Part shown: positions 39,055-51,000 of the stretch, one piece after another | How positions within the stretch are numbered: position 1 is the first letter of the stretch | Layout: every line of letters begins with the position of its first letter | Source: Clostridia bacterium | GTDB taxonomy: Bacteria > Bacteroidota > Bacteroidia > Bacteroidales > 4484-276 | Reading direction: 5' to 3' | DNA length: 64,000 nt | NCBI GenBank assembly: GCA_009928785.1 | Contig: SABY01000006.1 | Span: 1,930-65,929, forward strand | Made by a program: the position numbers and the translations under genes | The notes under the pieces: generated by a model | What the model was told of the DNA's origin: nothing | Database searches by the model: none | The model's input: the letters and a program-made list of their open reading frames with translations, nothing else

Positions 39055-42000
39055 TCTGTTCATTGTAGCATTATTAATTGTTACCACCAGTTTGTCAGCA
39101 CAAACCGGCGGCCCCGGACAACCCGAATTCATGCAGTTCGAGCAGGCGGGCACTTCTGATATGGTGAGCCCTTCCACAGGTTCCTTTTCATACCAGATAC
39201 CGCTATTTACCATTGGCGGGTATCCGATGAACCTTACCTACCAGGCAGGCATACGGATGGAAGACGTGTCCACCATGGTGGGGCTTGGATGGAACCTGAA
39301 TGCCGGTACCATTGTCCGCTCTCTAAGGGGACTACCCGACGATTTTAGTGGTGATATTATAACAAAGGAATTTTCGGTCAAAGACAATAAAACATATGGT
39401 GGTAAAATTGATGTTGATCTTGAAATTGCAGGGATTGATTCTAAAAAATTAGCCGCTAGCGCCAGCGTTGGCGTAAGTGCGGGTCTTGGCTTATTTTACA
39501 ACAACTATAAGGGTTGGGGCGCCGAGGTTTCGATGGATGTTTCTTTATCTGCTAACAAAGGTGGTGGAAGTGCCTCCTTAGGTCTTGGTATTGCCGCAAA
39601 TTCACAATCAGGTGTGAATAAATACATTAGCCCCAACATAGGGTTTGCTATCGGGTCAGACAGCGATAAGATTGGTATTTCGCTGGGAAAAACCTGGTCT
39701 GTAAATTCCAGCGAAGGTTTAAGCTCCAGTTTAAACACAGGATTAAGTTATACCAGGTATTCAGATAAGAAAACTTCAAAAACAATGAGAAATGGCGAGA
39801 AAAAGGATGCCCCTGGTTCTGGATCAGCGAGTTTAATGGGATTTTCCAAGCAATCCTATCTGAACAACTCTTTTCAGCCCGACATTGACTATCCCTTTAT
39901 CAATACAGCAGGAACATATTCGGGGTCAATAGGCTTTGATGCTTATATGGTAGATCCGGGTATAAGATTTACAGGGTACTATTCCAAGCAGACACTGGCA
40001 ACAAAAATTCAAAAGTTCCCGGCTTATGGTATTATGCATGAAACAGAAGGTATGCCTGCAAATGCACTGATGGATTTCAACAGGGAAAAAAAGTTGCCCT
40101 ATTATGTAGGAGAATCCAAAATATTGCCTGTCCCCTACAAAACACCCGATGTATTTAACCTGAATGCCCAGGGGATTTCATTAACTTTTTCGGTGGGTAA
40201 GAACGATATAGGTATTGTGGGCGATCCAACTGCTGAGCTGAGCTCAGTTGGAAATAAAATCGGGGCTGAAGTGCATCTGGGCGGTGTATTTAAGGCTGGC
40301 GCCAATATAGGAGTAAATTCTACAACTCAGAAAAGCGGAAGGTGGATTCCTTCGGAACTGTCTGGTAAGTTGACTTTCAAACCAGATCAGGATGCTTATT
40401 CATTAAATTTGTATCAGCAGCATTATTTTAAGAATCATGGAGAAACCAACAGGTTTGACCATTCACTTTTTAAATATCTTAACAGTTATAAGCAATTTTC
40501 ATTTAGCCCAAAAGATGAACTAAGCCTGAACGGTGTTTTCGCCCACGGTAATAGTATTAAAACCGAATACATCAATAAGTTTCAACCCGTACGTCAAACC
40601 GCCATCAATTACCTGACTGCAGGCGAAGCAGATAAAATCGGATTTGATAAAAAAATCCTTTACTACAAATTCTCCAACAATTCTCAATCTGAGCTTGCCG
40701 AAAATAGGACCAGTTCAGTCCGCAAGGCCCATCATTTGTCAGAAATTTCAGTAAGCCAGCCCGATGGTATGAGATATGTTTTCGGAATACCCGTTTACAA
40801 TACCACAGAGAAAGAGGTAACTTTTAATGTATCTAAAAATACTGTCGATCCCATAAAAAACCTGGTGAAGTATGACAAATCAGATAATAGTACCGGTAAC
40901 ACAAAAGGGACAGACAATTATTTTGAATCAATGACTACCCCTGCTTATGTTACCCAATTCCTTATTACGGCAGTGCTCAGTCCTGATTACAGAGATCTGA
41001 CAGCTGATGGCATCAGCGATGATGATGTGGGGAACTATGTAAAATTCTCTTACTTTAAAGAAGATTTTTTATACAGGTGGCGTACTCCTTTCGAGCAAGA
41101 CCAGGCTACATATAGCAGGGGTTTAAGAAGTGATGATATGGATGATAAAGGAACTTATGTTTATGGTGAGAAAGAACTCTGGTACATCCGCTCAATAGAA
41201 TCCAAAACAGAAATTGCCAGGTTTTTTTATTGTGAACGTAAGGATGGTTTTGGTGTATTAGACGAAAACGGTGGAATTGATCAAAAAATGTTTTTACGTC
41301 AGTTGGATTCGATTGTTGTTTATTCGATGCATGATTACACAACAAACTATCTTAATGCTACACCCATAAAAACCATACATTTCACATTCGACCAAACCCT
41401 TTGTAAAGGCATTAACAATACAAGCACGGCTGGCGGTGGCAAGTTAAGCCTGAAAGAGGTTGCCATTACCTATGAAAACTCACAAAAAGGCCTGCTTACA
41501 CCTTATGCTTTTGATTATGGCAAAATGCCCGATGGCAATGTTATAAACCCGGATTATAGCACCAGGGATGTAAACCGTTGGGGCTATTACCAGGAAAATC
41601 CAACCAATGCCCTTAGTGATTGTGATGACAGCAAACCCCTCTCGAATATTGATTTTCCCTATGCTTCGCAGGATCGTGACATGATGAACAAAAATGCTTA
41701 TGCCTGGAACCTGACCCATGTTACCATCCCGGGTGGAGGAAAGATTATTGTGGAATACGAAGCCCTTGATTATGCTTACCTACAGGACAAGCAGGCAGGG
41801 CAGATGTTTTTAGTGAAGGGGTTAGGTAACTTGGGTCAATCCGACCTTAACTCCAACAACCTGAAAATATTTTTTGATATACCAACGACCATTAAGAGTA
41901 AAGATCAACTATTCAGGCACTGTCTTCTCGACATTACATCGGGACAGCCAAATTTATACTATAAATTCTATGTGAATCTCAATGGCAATGAGTACGACTA

Positions 42001-45000
42001 TATAACCGGATATGCCGGCGTTGTGGATTGGGGGGTTGATAAGAAAAATAATATCAATTACGGCTGGATAAAATTGGCGAATGTAGCACTGGACGATGAC
42101 ATGCCAAAGCTAAAGATTAAAACCAATACAATCCACAAAACTGCCATACAGTTTTTGCGGATTAACAGGAATAGCCTGGTTTTTTCAAGCGGACAGCCAA
42201 ATCCTTCAGGTAGTTTTGAAGGGTTTATCAACGGGCTTCCTGATGCATTCATTGCGCTTTCCGGTCAGTTAGAGGCATCGGCTTCCGGAGGGTTAAATAA
42301 TTATTGTATGATCAAAGGTTTCTGCAGCAAAATAGACATTAATAAAAGCTTCATCCGCCTTTTCAATCCCACAAAGGATAAAATTGCCGGAGGAAGCCGT
42401 GTGGCAAAGATCAGTATCAACGACCGTTTTGGCGAGATGACCGGTGGAGTGCATCAGAGTAAAGCATACACCACCTCGTATTACTATACAACAGAAGAAA
42501 TTAGTTCTTTTACCGGCGATACCATTACCATTAGTTCAGGTGTTGCCGATTATGAACCCATGATTGGCGGGGATGAGATTTCCCTGAAAAGGCCCATTTT
42601 TTATTCTGACAAAAAAAAGAAGGCCCCGGACAACGAATTCTATGTGGAAGAACCTGTGAATGAGTCTAATTTTCCATCGCCCCAAATCATTTACAGCAAA
42701 GTAGCGCAAGTTACCAATGAAGATGGACAGCATGTAGGCAAAACCGGAAAAGTTGTAAATGAGTTCTTTACAGCAAAGGATTACCCGGTAAAGGTTGACC
42801 GGACTATCGTGTATGAGCAACGCGATAAATCAAGTGGGATGGCTTTTACTATACCGTTTTCATCTAATAACCAGCAACATGATTTTGCAACAGTTGCCCA
42901 GGGCTATTCCATAGAACTGAATAGTGTGAGCGGTAACCAAAAGGCTACCTGGGTTTATAATGAAAATGGCGACAGAATTTCGGGCGAAACTTTTGAGTAC
43001 GCTGATGAAAATGACAATTTCACCACCATCGACAGGTATGGGGAGATACATAAAAACACCACGCTCGGCTTAACGGTAGAATATACTATCGACTGCAAAA
43101 AAAGTACTGATGAAATGAAGAACCAAACTTTTTCTGCCAATATAAATACCATCCTGGTTATTGGTCCAATCCCTATTCCGATACCACTTTACACACAAAT
43201 GTCAGAAAAAAAACAATTTCAATCCATCGTATGCAATAAGATCATCCATCGCAATGCCCTGGTGAAGCGCCACACCGTGTATAGTCAAACGGCTGCTGTT
43301 TCAACCGAAAATCTTGCCTACGACGAAGTAACAGGTGAGGTACTGCTAACAGTTACTACCAACGAATTCAACGATTCACTGTATTCTTTCACCTATCCTG
43401 CCTGGTGGATGTACCCTGGCATGGGACCGGCTTATGAAAATACAAGGATGTACATTAACAGAGGGAATTATAATACATTCAAACAATTTCTTAAGCCCGG
43501 CGATGAGTTAAGAACACCAAGCAATGGCAACAGGATATGGGTATCTTACAATACGGGTAATTTTTTAACTACTAAAAATCATCTGTTAGCTAAGCTACCC
43601 AATGCTACCTACCTGGTGTATTCTTCAGGCCACAAAAACCTTCTGAATGATAAGGCAGGGCAAGTCGTTACATGGAATTACAATCCCTTGAGCAAGGGTA
43701 AATATATTGATTTTAGTCAAAGTGCTATTTTAAACAGCAATGTGATTGAGTATGATAACGTGGCTGTAAATTATTGCTCGTATTGCCCAACAGAAGGAGA
43801 TCCAGACCAACCTGACGAACCTCCTCTTCCGGATGAAGATGATCCGATAATAGATACGACCTATCAAACACCAATTCAACCGGATGGTATATTTTACCAA
43901 AACGTAAACCCTGATACTTCACCTGAGCCAACTATAAGTCCCGACCTAATAGTAATTGATACCAGTATCCCCATCCAAAGTGGGACACAGGGATGGAATA
44001 ATAGTTCCAGTACGCCGGCACTTCCTGATCCCCCTCAAAACCCTATAGGATTGTCGGGCTCAGTAAATCCTTTTTTAACGGGCAGCAAAGGTACATGGAA
44101 GGCCAAAACTTCACGGTTTTTCCTGACAGAGCGAACACATGGAAATTTGAATACCGGAACCGGTGATATCAGGACCCAGGGTTTATTTAAAACATACAAC
44201 GATTTTTGGGTGGTGCCGAAAAGCCCAACTATGTGGGGCAAGGATTATAATAACTGGGAATGGAATGAAACGATAAACATGGTGGATGTGGATGGACAAA
44301 TCATCGAAACGGAAGATCGTATCGGGCGAAAAACAAGCAGCCTGTTGGGGTATAAAAATACAGTGATACTGGCACAGGCATCCAATGCCGGATACCACGA
44401 AATCTTTTATGATGGTTTTGAAGACTACCAAAATTCACCTTGCCCATCGGTTTGGTTTAGCGATCTTTCTAAAAGAGTTATTTCTACCGGGAATGGCATT
44501 ATTGATGCTACTGAGTCGCACACAGGAAAATATGCACTTCAGGTGTCCAATTCAGTTGTATTAAGGCCAAAAGCGCCTGTTGCAACTAACGACACGGCAT
44601 GTATCGGTGGCTGGTATCCCTACCATACTCAATCGGACATAACTTACCTGTTCTCTTGCTGGGTAAAAGTGGACAAACCCAAACCTGTTTTAAACTGCAG
44701 CGATGCTTCGGTAGTAATATCAAGTGCCGGACAAACGCTTACACTTCTTGCTGATGGCCCTGTGATTGAGGGCTGGCAAAGGGTCATGGGTACATTTGTG
44801 GTTGCCAGTCGAAACCTAAATATTACAATTTCGCTGGAAAAAGGAACTGCCAACACTTACTTTGATGATGTACGCATTATTCCTTTCGACGCAAACATGA
44901 CTGCATATGTGTATGATGATATGAACCTGCGGCTTACTTACATTTTGGACGAAAACAACTATTTCACCAGATATGAATACAACAACCAGGGTGAACTTAT

Positions 45001-45079
45001 CCGCATAAAAAAGGAAACGGAAGAGGGGATATTGACCATACAGGAAGCTTATCAGGCATTAGTTAAAAAAAGGAATTAA
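39041..45079 (+). CDS. Large secreted protein with SpvB/TcaC-N-terminal-like motif, C-terminal jelly-roll (CBM4/9-like) and terminal YD-type repeats
   Basis: Signal peptide MKKINLFIVALLIVTTSLSAQ. VSPSTGSFSYQIPLFTIGGYPMNLTYQAG...VGLGWNLNAGTIVRSLRGLPDDF resembles the SpvB-domain consensus (tG..s..iPl...P.L.L.Y....G.GW.L....I.R...GlP). C-terminal GWQRVMGTF...YFDDVRIIP is followed by YEYNNQGELIRIKKE. Confidence 0.7.
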   Translation: MKKINLFIVALLIVTTSLSAQTGGPGQPEFMQFEQAGTSDMVSPSTGSFSYQIPLFTIGGYPMNLTYQAGIRMEDVSTMVGLGWNLNAGTIVRSLRGLPDDFSGDIITKEFSVKDNKTYGGKIDVDLEIAGIDSKKLAASASVGVSAGLGLFYNNYKGWGAEVSMDVSLSANKGGGSASLGLGIAANSQSGVNKYISPNIGFAIGSDSDKIGISLGKTWSVNSSEGLSSSLNTGLSYTRYSDKKTSKTMRNGEKKDAPGSGSASLMGFSKQSYLNNSFQPDIDYPFINTAGTYSGSIGFDAYMVDPGIRFTGYYSKQTLATKIQKFPAYGIMHETEGMPANALMDFNREKKLPYYVGESKILPVPYKTPDVFNLNAQGISLTFSVGKNDIGIVGDPTAELSSVGNKIGAEVHLGGVFKAGANIGVNSTTQKSGRWIPSELSGKLTFKPDQDAYSLNLYQQHYFKNHGETNRFDHSLFKYLNSYKQFSFSPKDELSLNGVFAHGNSIKTEYINKFQPVRQTAINYLTAGEADKIGFDKKILYYKFSNNSQSELAENRTSSVRKAHHLSEISVSQPDGMRYVFGIPVYNTTEKEVTFNVSKNTVDPIKNLVKYDKSDNSTGNTKGTDNYFESMTTPAYVTQFLITAVLSPDYRDLTADGISDDDVGNYVKFSYFKEDFLYRWRTPFEQDQATYSRGLRSDDMDDKGTYVYGEKELWYIRSIESKTEIARFFYCERKDGFGVLDENGGIDQKMFLRQLDSIVVYSMHDYTTNYLNATPIKTIHFTFDQTLCKGINNTSTAGGGKLSLKEVAITYENSQKGLLTPYAFDYGKMPDGNVINPDYSTRDVNRWGYYQENPTNALSDCDDSKPLSNIDFPYASQDRDMMNKNAYAWNLTHVTIPGGGKIIVEYEALDYAYLQDKQAGQMFLVKGLGNLGQSDLNSNNLKIFFDIPTTIKSKDQLFRHCLLDITSGQPNLYYKFYVNLNGNEYDYITGYAGVVDWGVDKKNNINYGWIKLANVALDDDMPKLKIKTNTIHKTAIQFLRINRNSLVFSSGQPNPSGSFEGFINGLPDAFIALSGQLEASASGGLNNYCMIKGFCSKIDINKSFIRLFNPTKDKIAGGSRVAKISINDRFGEMTGGVHQSKAYTTSYYYTTEEISSFTGDTITISSGVADYEPMIGGDEISLKRPIFYSDKKKKAPDNEFYVEEPVNESNFPSPQIIYSKVAQVTNEDGQHVGKTGKVVNEFFTAKDYPVKVDRTIVYEQRDKSSGMAFTIPFSSNNQQHDFATVAQGYSIELNSVSGNQKATWVYNENGDRISGETFEYADENDNFTTIDRYGEIHKNTTLGLTVEYTIDCKKSTDEMKNQTFSANINTILVIGPIPIPIPLYTQMSEKKQFQSIVCNKIIHRNALVKRHTVYSQTAAVSTENLAYDEVTGEVLLTVTTNEFNDSLYSFTYPAWWMYPGMGPAYENTRMYINRGNYNTFKQFLKPGDELRTPSNGNRIWVSYNTGNFLTTKNHLLAKLPNATYLVYSSGHKNLLNDKAGQVVTWNYNPLSKGKYIDFSQSAILNSNVIEYDNVAVNYCSYCPTEGDPDQPDEPPLPDEDDPIIDTTYQTPIQPDGIFYQNVNPDTSPEPTISPDLIVIDTSIPIQSGTQGWNNSSSTPALPDPPQNPIGLSGSVNPFLTGSKGTWKAKTSRFFLTERTHGNLNTGTGDIRTQGLFKTYNDFWVVPKSPTMWGKDYNNWEWNETINMVDVDGQIIETEDRIGRKTSSLLGYKNTVILAQASNAGYHEIFYDGFEDYQNSPCPSVWFSDLSKRVISTGNGIIDATESHTGKYALQVSNSVVLRPKAPVATNDTACIGGWYPYHTQSDITYLFSCWVKVDKPKPVLNCSDASVVISSAGQTLTLLADGPVIEGWQRVMGTFVVASRNLNITISLEKGTANTYFDDVRIIPFDANMTAYVYDDMNLRLTYILDENNYFTRYEYNNQGELIRIKKETEEGILTIQEAYQALVKKRN

Positions 45080-45081
45080 TC

Positions 45082-48000
45082 ATGAAAAAATTAAAAGTAA
45101 TTCTATTTTTTCTTGCATTCATTATGGCATTTTATGCATCGGCAAGGGAATTCCCCAAGGTTACCCATACAATGCCGGGAACTACTCTTCTCGGCTTCTC
45201 TAAGGGCGATACATTGCGAATGGAAGTTGATATCCCGAATCTTAACCTGGCTGCATTGAATACAGTCGATAGAAAAACCAGCTACATCAATACGATAAAC
45301 CTTGTGCTGAACAATCACTCGATTGTGACCGAGGACGTGAAAGTAAGTATATCGGGAAGTGTTTTATACCAGATCATCACTACCGCAAACCCGCAAAGTG
45401 GTCCGGTTTCACTCGAATTGGATTTCAAATCGGGAGAGGCCACTAAAAGTGCCATCTCTGAGGCCTTTGTTTTTTCAAACGCCTGGAAAGTGGAACTCTT
45501 GATAACAGATGTGAAATTTGAAGGAGCAAATGGAGCAGGAATATCTGCCGGGTTAAAACAAATACTGGCATCGTTGCTCGAAGTGCAGGTAACATTTCAG
45601 GAAGAAAGTTTTGTAAAGATAGACTACAACGGCGTAGCAAGCAACCTGATTGCCTGCCACGACACCCGCACAGATGAAGTGGTAATTGCCTGGGACGAGC
45701 TTACTGAAGCTGAGTTTTACGAACTGGAATATACCTTTGTGGATGATTACACTTCTAAACTTAATATTCACCGCAAACCCAACACTATTCCTTTCAATTT
45801 CAGGAACAACAGCACCCGCGTTGTTTTAATTGATAGCTATTATCGTTTGCCCAAACTTTTCGAAAGAGGGTATCTGCTCTACAGGGTCAGGGCGGTTGGA
45901 AGGGGTGGCAACAATCTGCAAACTCCGGTTTACTGCATGTGGACCAACAATACCAATTCCGGAATGGTTGATTCCTTTCTTGACAAGATATTTTTATCGG
46001 CACACATGGACGACCAAATGAACTGGCAGGCATCCACAACGTTTGCCGAAGAAGGCAAACGCAGCGACGTAGTCAACTATTTCGACGGAACATTCAGGGC
46101 AAGACAAACCGTTACGGGTGTAAATCTTGGAAAAAAAGATCCCGTATTTCTATTTGAAAGCCAGGTAGCAACAAATATGACAGAATTTCCCAACCCGGCT
46201 GTACCCACTATTGTTGAGCCTGAACTTATTATAACTGTTCCCTGGTCGCCTTACAATACCGGTGCTACGCCCGGGACCGTTGATTATACACCCGCAACTA
46301 CGATATCTTATAGTTCTGTTAATTGCACCAATCGGGGCAGCAATCGAATAAGGGAAGTAATTGCCGGGGAAACCATATACGATTACCAGGGCCGATCGGC
46401 GGTAACTATCCTGCCTGTGCCCACCAACTCGATGAAGATAAGGTTTTTTCCAAAGCTCAATATCAGCGACAACTCTGGAAAGCCCTACAATTGGATAGAT
46501 TTTGATGCACCAAATAACAGTTGTGCTGCTCCCGCAAAACTCTCATCAAGCCTTTATGGCGGGATCATGGGCGCCGCTGCCTATTATTCACCCAACAATC
46601 CCAATAAGCTTGGCTTCAATGCCTTTATCCCGCAGTCGGAGGGTTTTCCCTTTTCCCAGGTTTCCTATCTGCAGGACAACACCGGCAGGATTACTGCGCA
46701 AAGCGGGATAGGAAAAACTTTTCAGTTTGGTACGGGCAACAACCGGGAAACCAGTTTTTATTATGCAGCGCCCAACCAGGCCGAGATCGACATGCTGTTT
46801 GGTACTGAGGTAGGCGAAGCCATCAGGTATCAGAAAAATGCAGTGCGCGATCCCAACGGACAAGTATCAGTAACATACCTTAATCCCGCCGGACAAACTA
46901 TTGCCACCGCCCTGGCCGGTGAAACACCCGATAACCTGCTTGCCCTCGATCACCAGATAACAAACCAAATTAACGTTTCACTGATAGGTAAAAACATCCA
47001 CGACACTGATGACAAAACCATGATAACCGAACACCAGTTCCTGGTAACATCCGACAATTCAAAATATACCTTCACTTATGATATCCTGCCCGAAACACTT
47101 TCACCGTCGGTATGCAAAACGGCCTACTGCATGGATTGCATTTACGATATCAGCCTTAGCCTTAACCACGTGGAAAGCTGCACATCAGTACCACTTTTCA
47201 GCTATTCGGGTACCATTGGCCAATTGCTGGACAATCAAAATCAGATAGATTTGCAATGTCAAAACAATACGGCCACCGGCAACTACCCACGCTCATTCCA
47301 GAAAACCCTGAATGTTGGCACCTACAACCTGACTAAAAAGATACAGGTGAACGAACAGGCTGCCCTGGCTTATGTTAACGAAATCATGAAGGACACCTGC
47401 ATGTTCGAAGACCTGTTGGCAAAAGAATTATCGGCCATCGACACCATGGACTGTTACCGCTCTTGCCTCAATTGCGATAAGCCACCGGTACTAACAGCTG
47501 ACTGCGATCCCTACTATTGCGAACCCGACCTCAACCGCTGCGAAATTATAAGAAACATGATGCTGGCCGATGTTAGCCCCGGCGGGCAGTATGCAAGCTA
47601 TACCAGGGATATCAACGGAAACCCAACATCGGGTGACGAATTCTCATATTTCCATGGAAAATTTTGGAGTTCTAATACACCAGCACAACAGATCAACAGT
47701 AGTTTTAGTAATTTTCCTGGCAATGCTGATGCAAAATATCTTTTGGACAACTGGCGTCCCGAATACGCTGAGGCACTGCTAATACTACATCCCGAATACT
47801 GCATGTTGGATTGGTGCAGTGAAGAAATTAAAACAACCCTCGATTTTGATGTTTTGTTGCAATCCACGCCTTACTATAGCGATGCCAAAAAGCTCGGATA
47901 TGTTCAGACAGGACTTTCTCCTGCTTATAAGTTATTGCTCGACAACGACCCATGGTTTGCGAATGGGAATAACCAGTCGATCAAAAGCGCCTTGCTTGCA

Positions 48001-51000
48001 AAATTGCAGCATTTCCCCTGCCCCAATAACTCACCTGCAAGTCCGAAACTTCCTATTGATGAGTTGGCCATGCAATTAGCCTACTGTGCATCCCAAAACC
48101 CTCCCCAAGGCCAGTTAAATATTTCGGGGGGCAACCCGGCCACAGTTAAAATGGGCAAACCACAAATCAATCAGCCTTCCAATGCACCTTGTAATGTGCC
48201 GCCAAATTACTTTGCTACCCACACATTTGGCTCAGACAATGCGCTCGTTGATTTGGAATGGTATTTCCTGCGCTCATTGTACCTCTCGGCAAAAAATGAC
48301 CGGATTGAAGAAAGCATGAAAGTGCATGAACATGCACAACAACCAGCTTGTGTAATCAGATGTATCGGAGCGAAAAAAAATTATAACCATTCCTTTTTCG
48401 GTCAGTTAGGAAGCCCTTGTAATTTTCCATCTAATCTTTCATTAAAAGACAAAGTAAGGCGCTTCAATTATGGTATGTCAGTTTACCTGAATGCCATGGA
48501 GGAGGCAGGTACCCCGCTTGATATTTCAAAAATAACCAACATTGACGACGCCTGCGCCATTAGCCAGGCAATATCTGAACAGGCCGGTACAATCAATGAC
48601 AATTTTAGCGAAAAGTATTACCCCAATGATTTGTGCTTTGATGCGACTGAGTGTGATACTTTATTGGCATTATTGGAGACTATGGACCAAATGCTCCAGG
48701 AATTGTTGGCGAATATATCGGGTACAATTGAGTACAGTAATGGTAATGGATTGCTACCAAACGAAATTATTGCTGCCGGTATCCAAAAAATTACAGCAGC
48801 CCGGAATTTAGCGCCAAAAGAAATCATATTCAATGTGGGTGATTGCATGACCATTACAATACCGTATCTTGAAATTGATACAGTTAAAATTGCCCCGGCT
48901 TCTATTTGTTGCATTAAAGACCTTGTATGTGATGAGTCTACAGGGGTATGCAGTTTCACGCTTGTAGTCATGTACGAAAACGGAGTTCAGCAAAGCATTG
49001 CAGTTTTAGATGCTTGTTCGTACTTATTCCAATCCTGTATTAATCCCGGGGCCAATGGTGGCGTTTCAAGATGTTTTCCTACCCCGGTATTCCATGAAAT
49101 CAAGGATTATCTGAACTGTATATTTATTTATTGTATTCCAGAACCACAGATTGACCTATTGAATTGTCTGCCAAATGGCTTGAAAACCTATTTGGGTGTA
49201 CAGGCAGATTCTGTTGACATTGTGATTGATGAAAATTATTTTGATTTAACCATCTTTTATATAAGCGATATTGGAGACACTATCAAATGCAAAATTTCGC
49301 TTATCCCGGTTAACCCGGTTTCTCCGAAATGGGCATGGGAAAGTGAAACAATCCCTAATATAGAGTGCCTGGAAGGCCCGCATTCTTTTTGTACTGCCAA
49401 TGTTATTTTAAACAATGGAAATCAAGCATCAATCACCTCAACTTGCTGGGAACTTTGCGAGAATATCCCCGGCGGCACAGCAACTCCCCCTCAAAGTCCC
49501 GCTAACCTTAATTGCGGCGGAGGTTCTTTAAATGAAATTAAGATGTACAATGCACCACATCGCCCGGATCCCTGTGTAAAGGCACTCCAGACAAAGGCCT
49601 ACGCCAACGCCTCCCACTTATACCGCCAATGGGCCGACAGTGTGCGGGCCGACCTCCTTGTGCGCTACTATGCCAAATGTATGGGCGCTACCGAAAATAT
49701 CAACATTGCATACGACGACAAGCAATACCACTACACCCTTTACTATTACGACCAGGCCGGCAACCTGGTAAAAACCATCCCTCCCGCAGGGGTGGAGATA
49801 CTGACCAATACAGCAGTTGCGCAGGTGCAGGCTTCACGGGCAGCGGCATACAATGCTGCTGTTTTGCCCGGCCATTTCAAGCAAACTGTTTACCACTACA
49901 ATACACTGAACTCGCTTGTAAAGCAAAAAACGCCCGATGCCGGCGAGAGCGCCTTCCTTTACGATGGCCTGGGCCGCATTGCCGCCTCACAAAACGCCAG
50001 GCAAAAAGCAGTTGATGCTTACAGCTATACGCTTTATGATATGCTGGGCAGGATGATAGAATCAGGTGAAGTAAAAACCCTACCCGGGATACTGGCTTCA
50101 AAGGTTAGTGATTTTGCCGGCTGGACTACATTTATTACAGGCCAGGCACAGCGCAGCGAAATAACAAGTACCCAATACGATACGCCATACACCACTGCCA
50201 TCAGCCAGAAATTTGGCAGCGGCGGGCAACGCAACCTGCGCAGCCGCGTGGCTACGGTGATGCATTTTGAAAACAGCAACAAACTTCAGGCGAAGCAATA
50301 CACCCACGCCACCCACTACAGCTACGACATTGCCGGCAATGTGTATAAAATCATACAGGACTATCCCAACGGGGTGATAAACGATAAGGTTCTGGTATAT
50401 GACTACGACCTGCAAAGCGGAAAGGTGAACAGCGTTAGCTACCAGCCGGGCAAAGCCGATCAGTTTATCCACCGCTATGGCTACGATGCCGCCAACCGAC
50501 TGATAAAGGTAAGCACAAGCGCCAACGGCCTGTTTTGGGATACCGATGCCGAATACTTTTATTATCGCCACGGCCCGCTGGCCCGCCTCGAGCTGGGTAC
50601 CGACAAGGTGCAGGGCCTGGATTATTTCTACACACTGCAAGGTTTTATAAAAGGCGTGAATGGCACAAGTTTTAATCCCGAAACCGATATGGGCCGCGAT
50701 GGGATTATCGCGACACCGGGCCAGGGTGGCGCGCAGCCGGCTCCGCAACCCGTTACCATAAACGGGCAAACTTTCCAGGTATTCAACCTGAGTATGATGT
50801 TTGGCAGTTCCTTTAAGGGCCCCGGCTACGGCGCCATGCACAGCGCCATGGCACGCGATTCGTTTGGCTATGTGCTTGATTATTTTAAAGAGGATTACAA
50901 ACCGGTAAGCCCAAATGCTTTCCTGAACGATCTGGCAACCACAAGCGGGCAGGTGAAATACCTGTACAACGGCAATATTGCACGTATGTACACCCAATTG

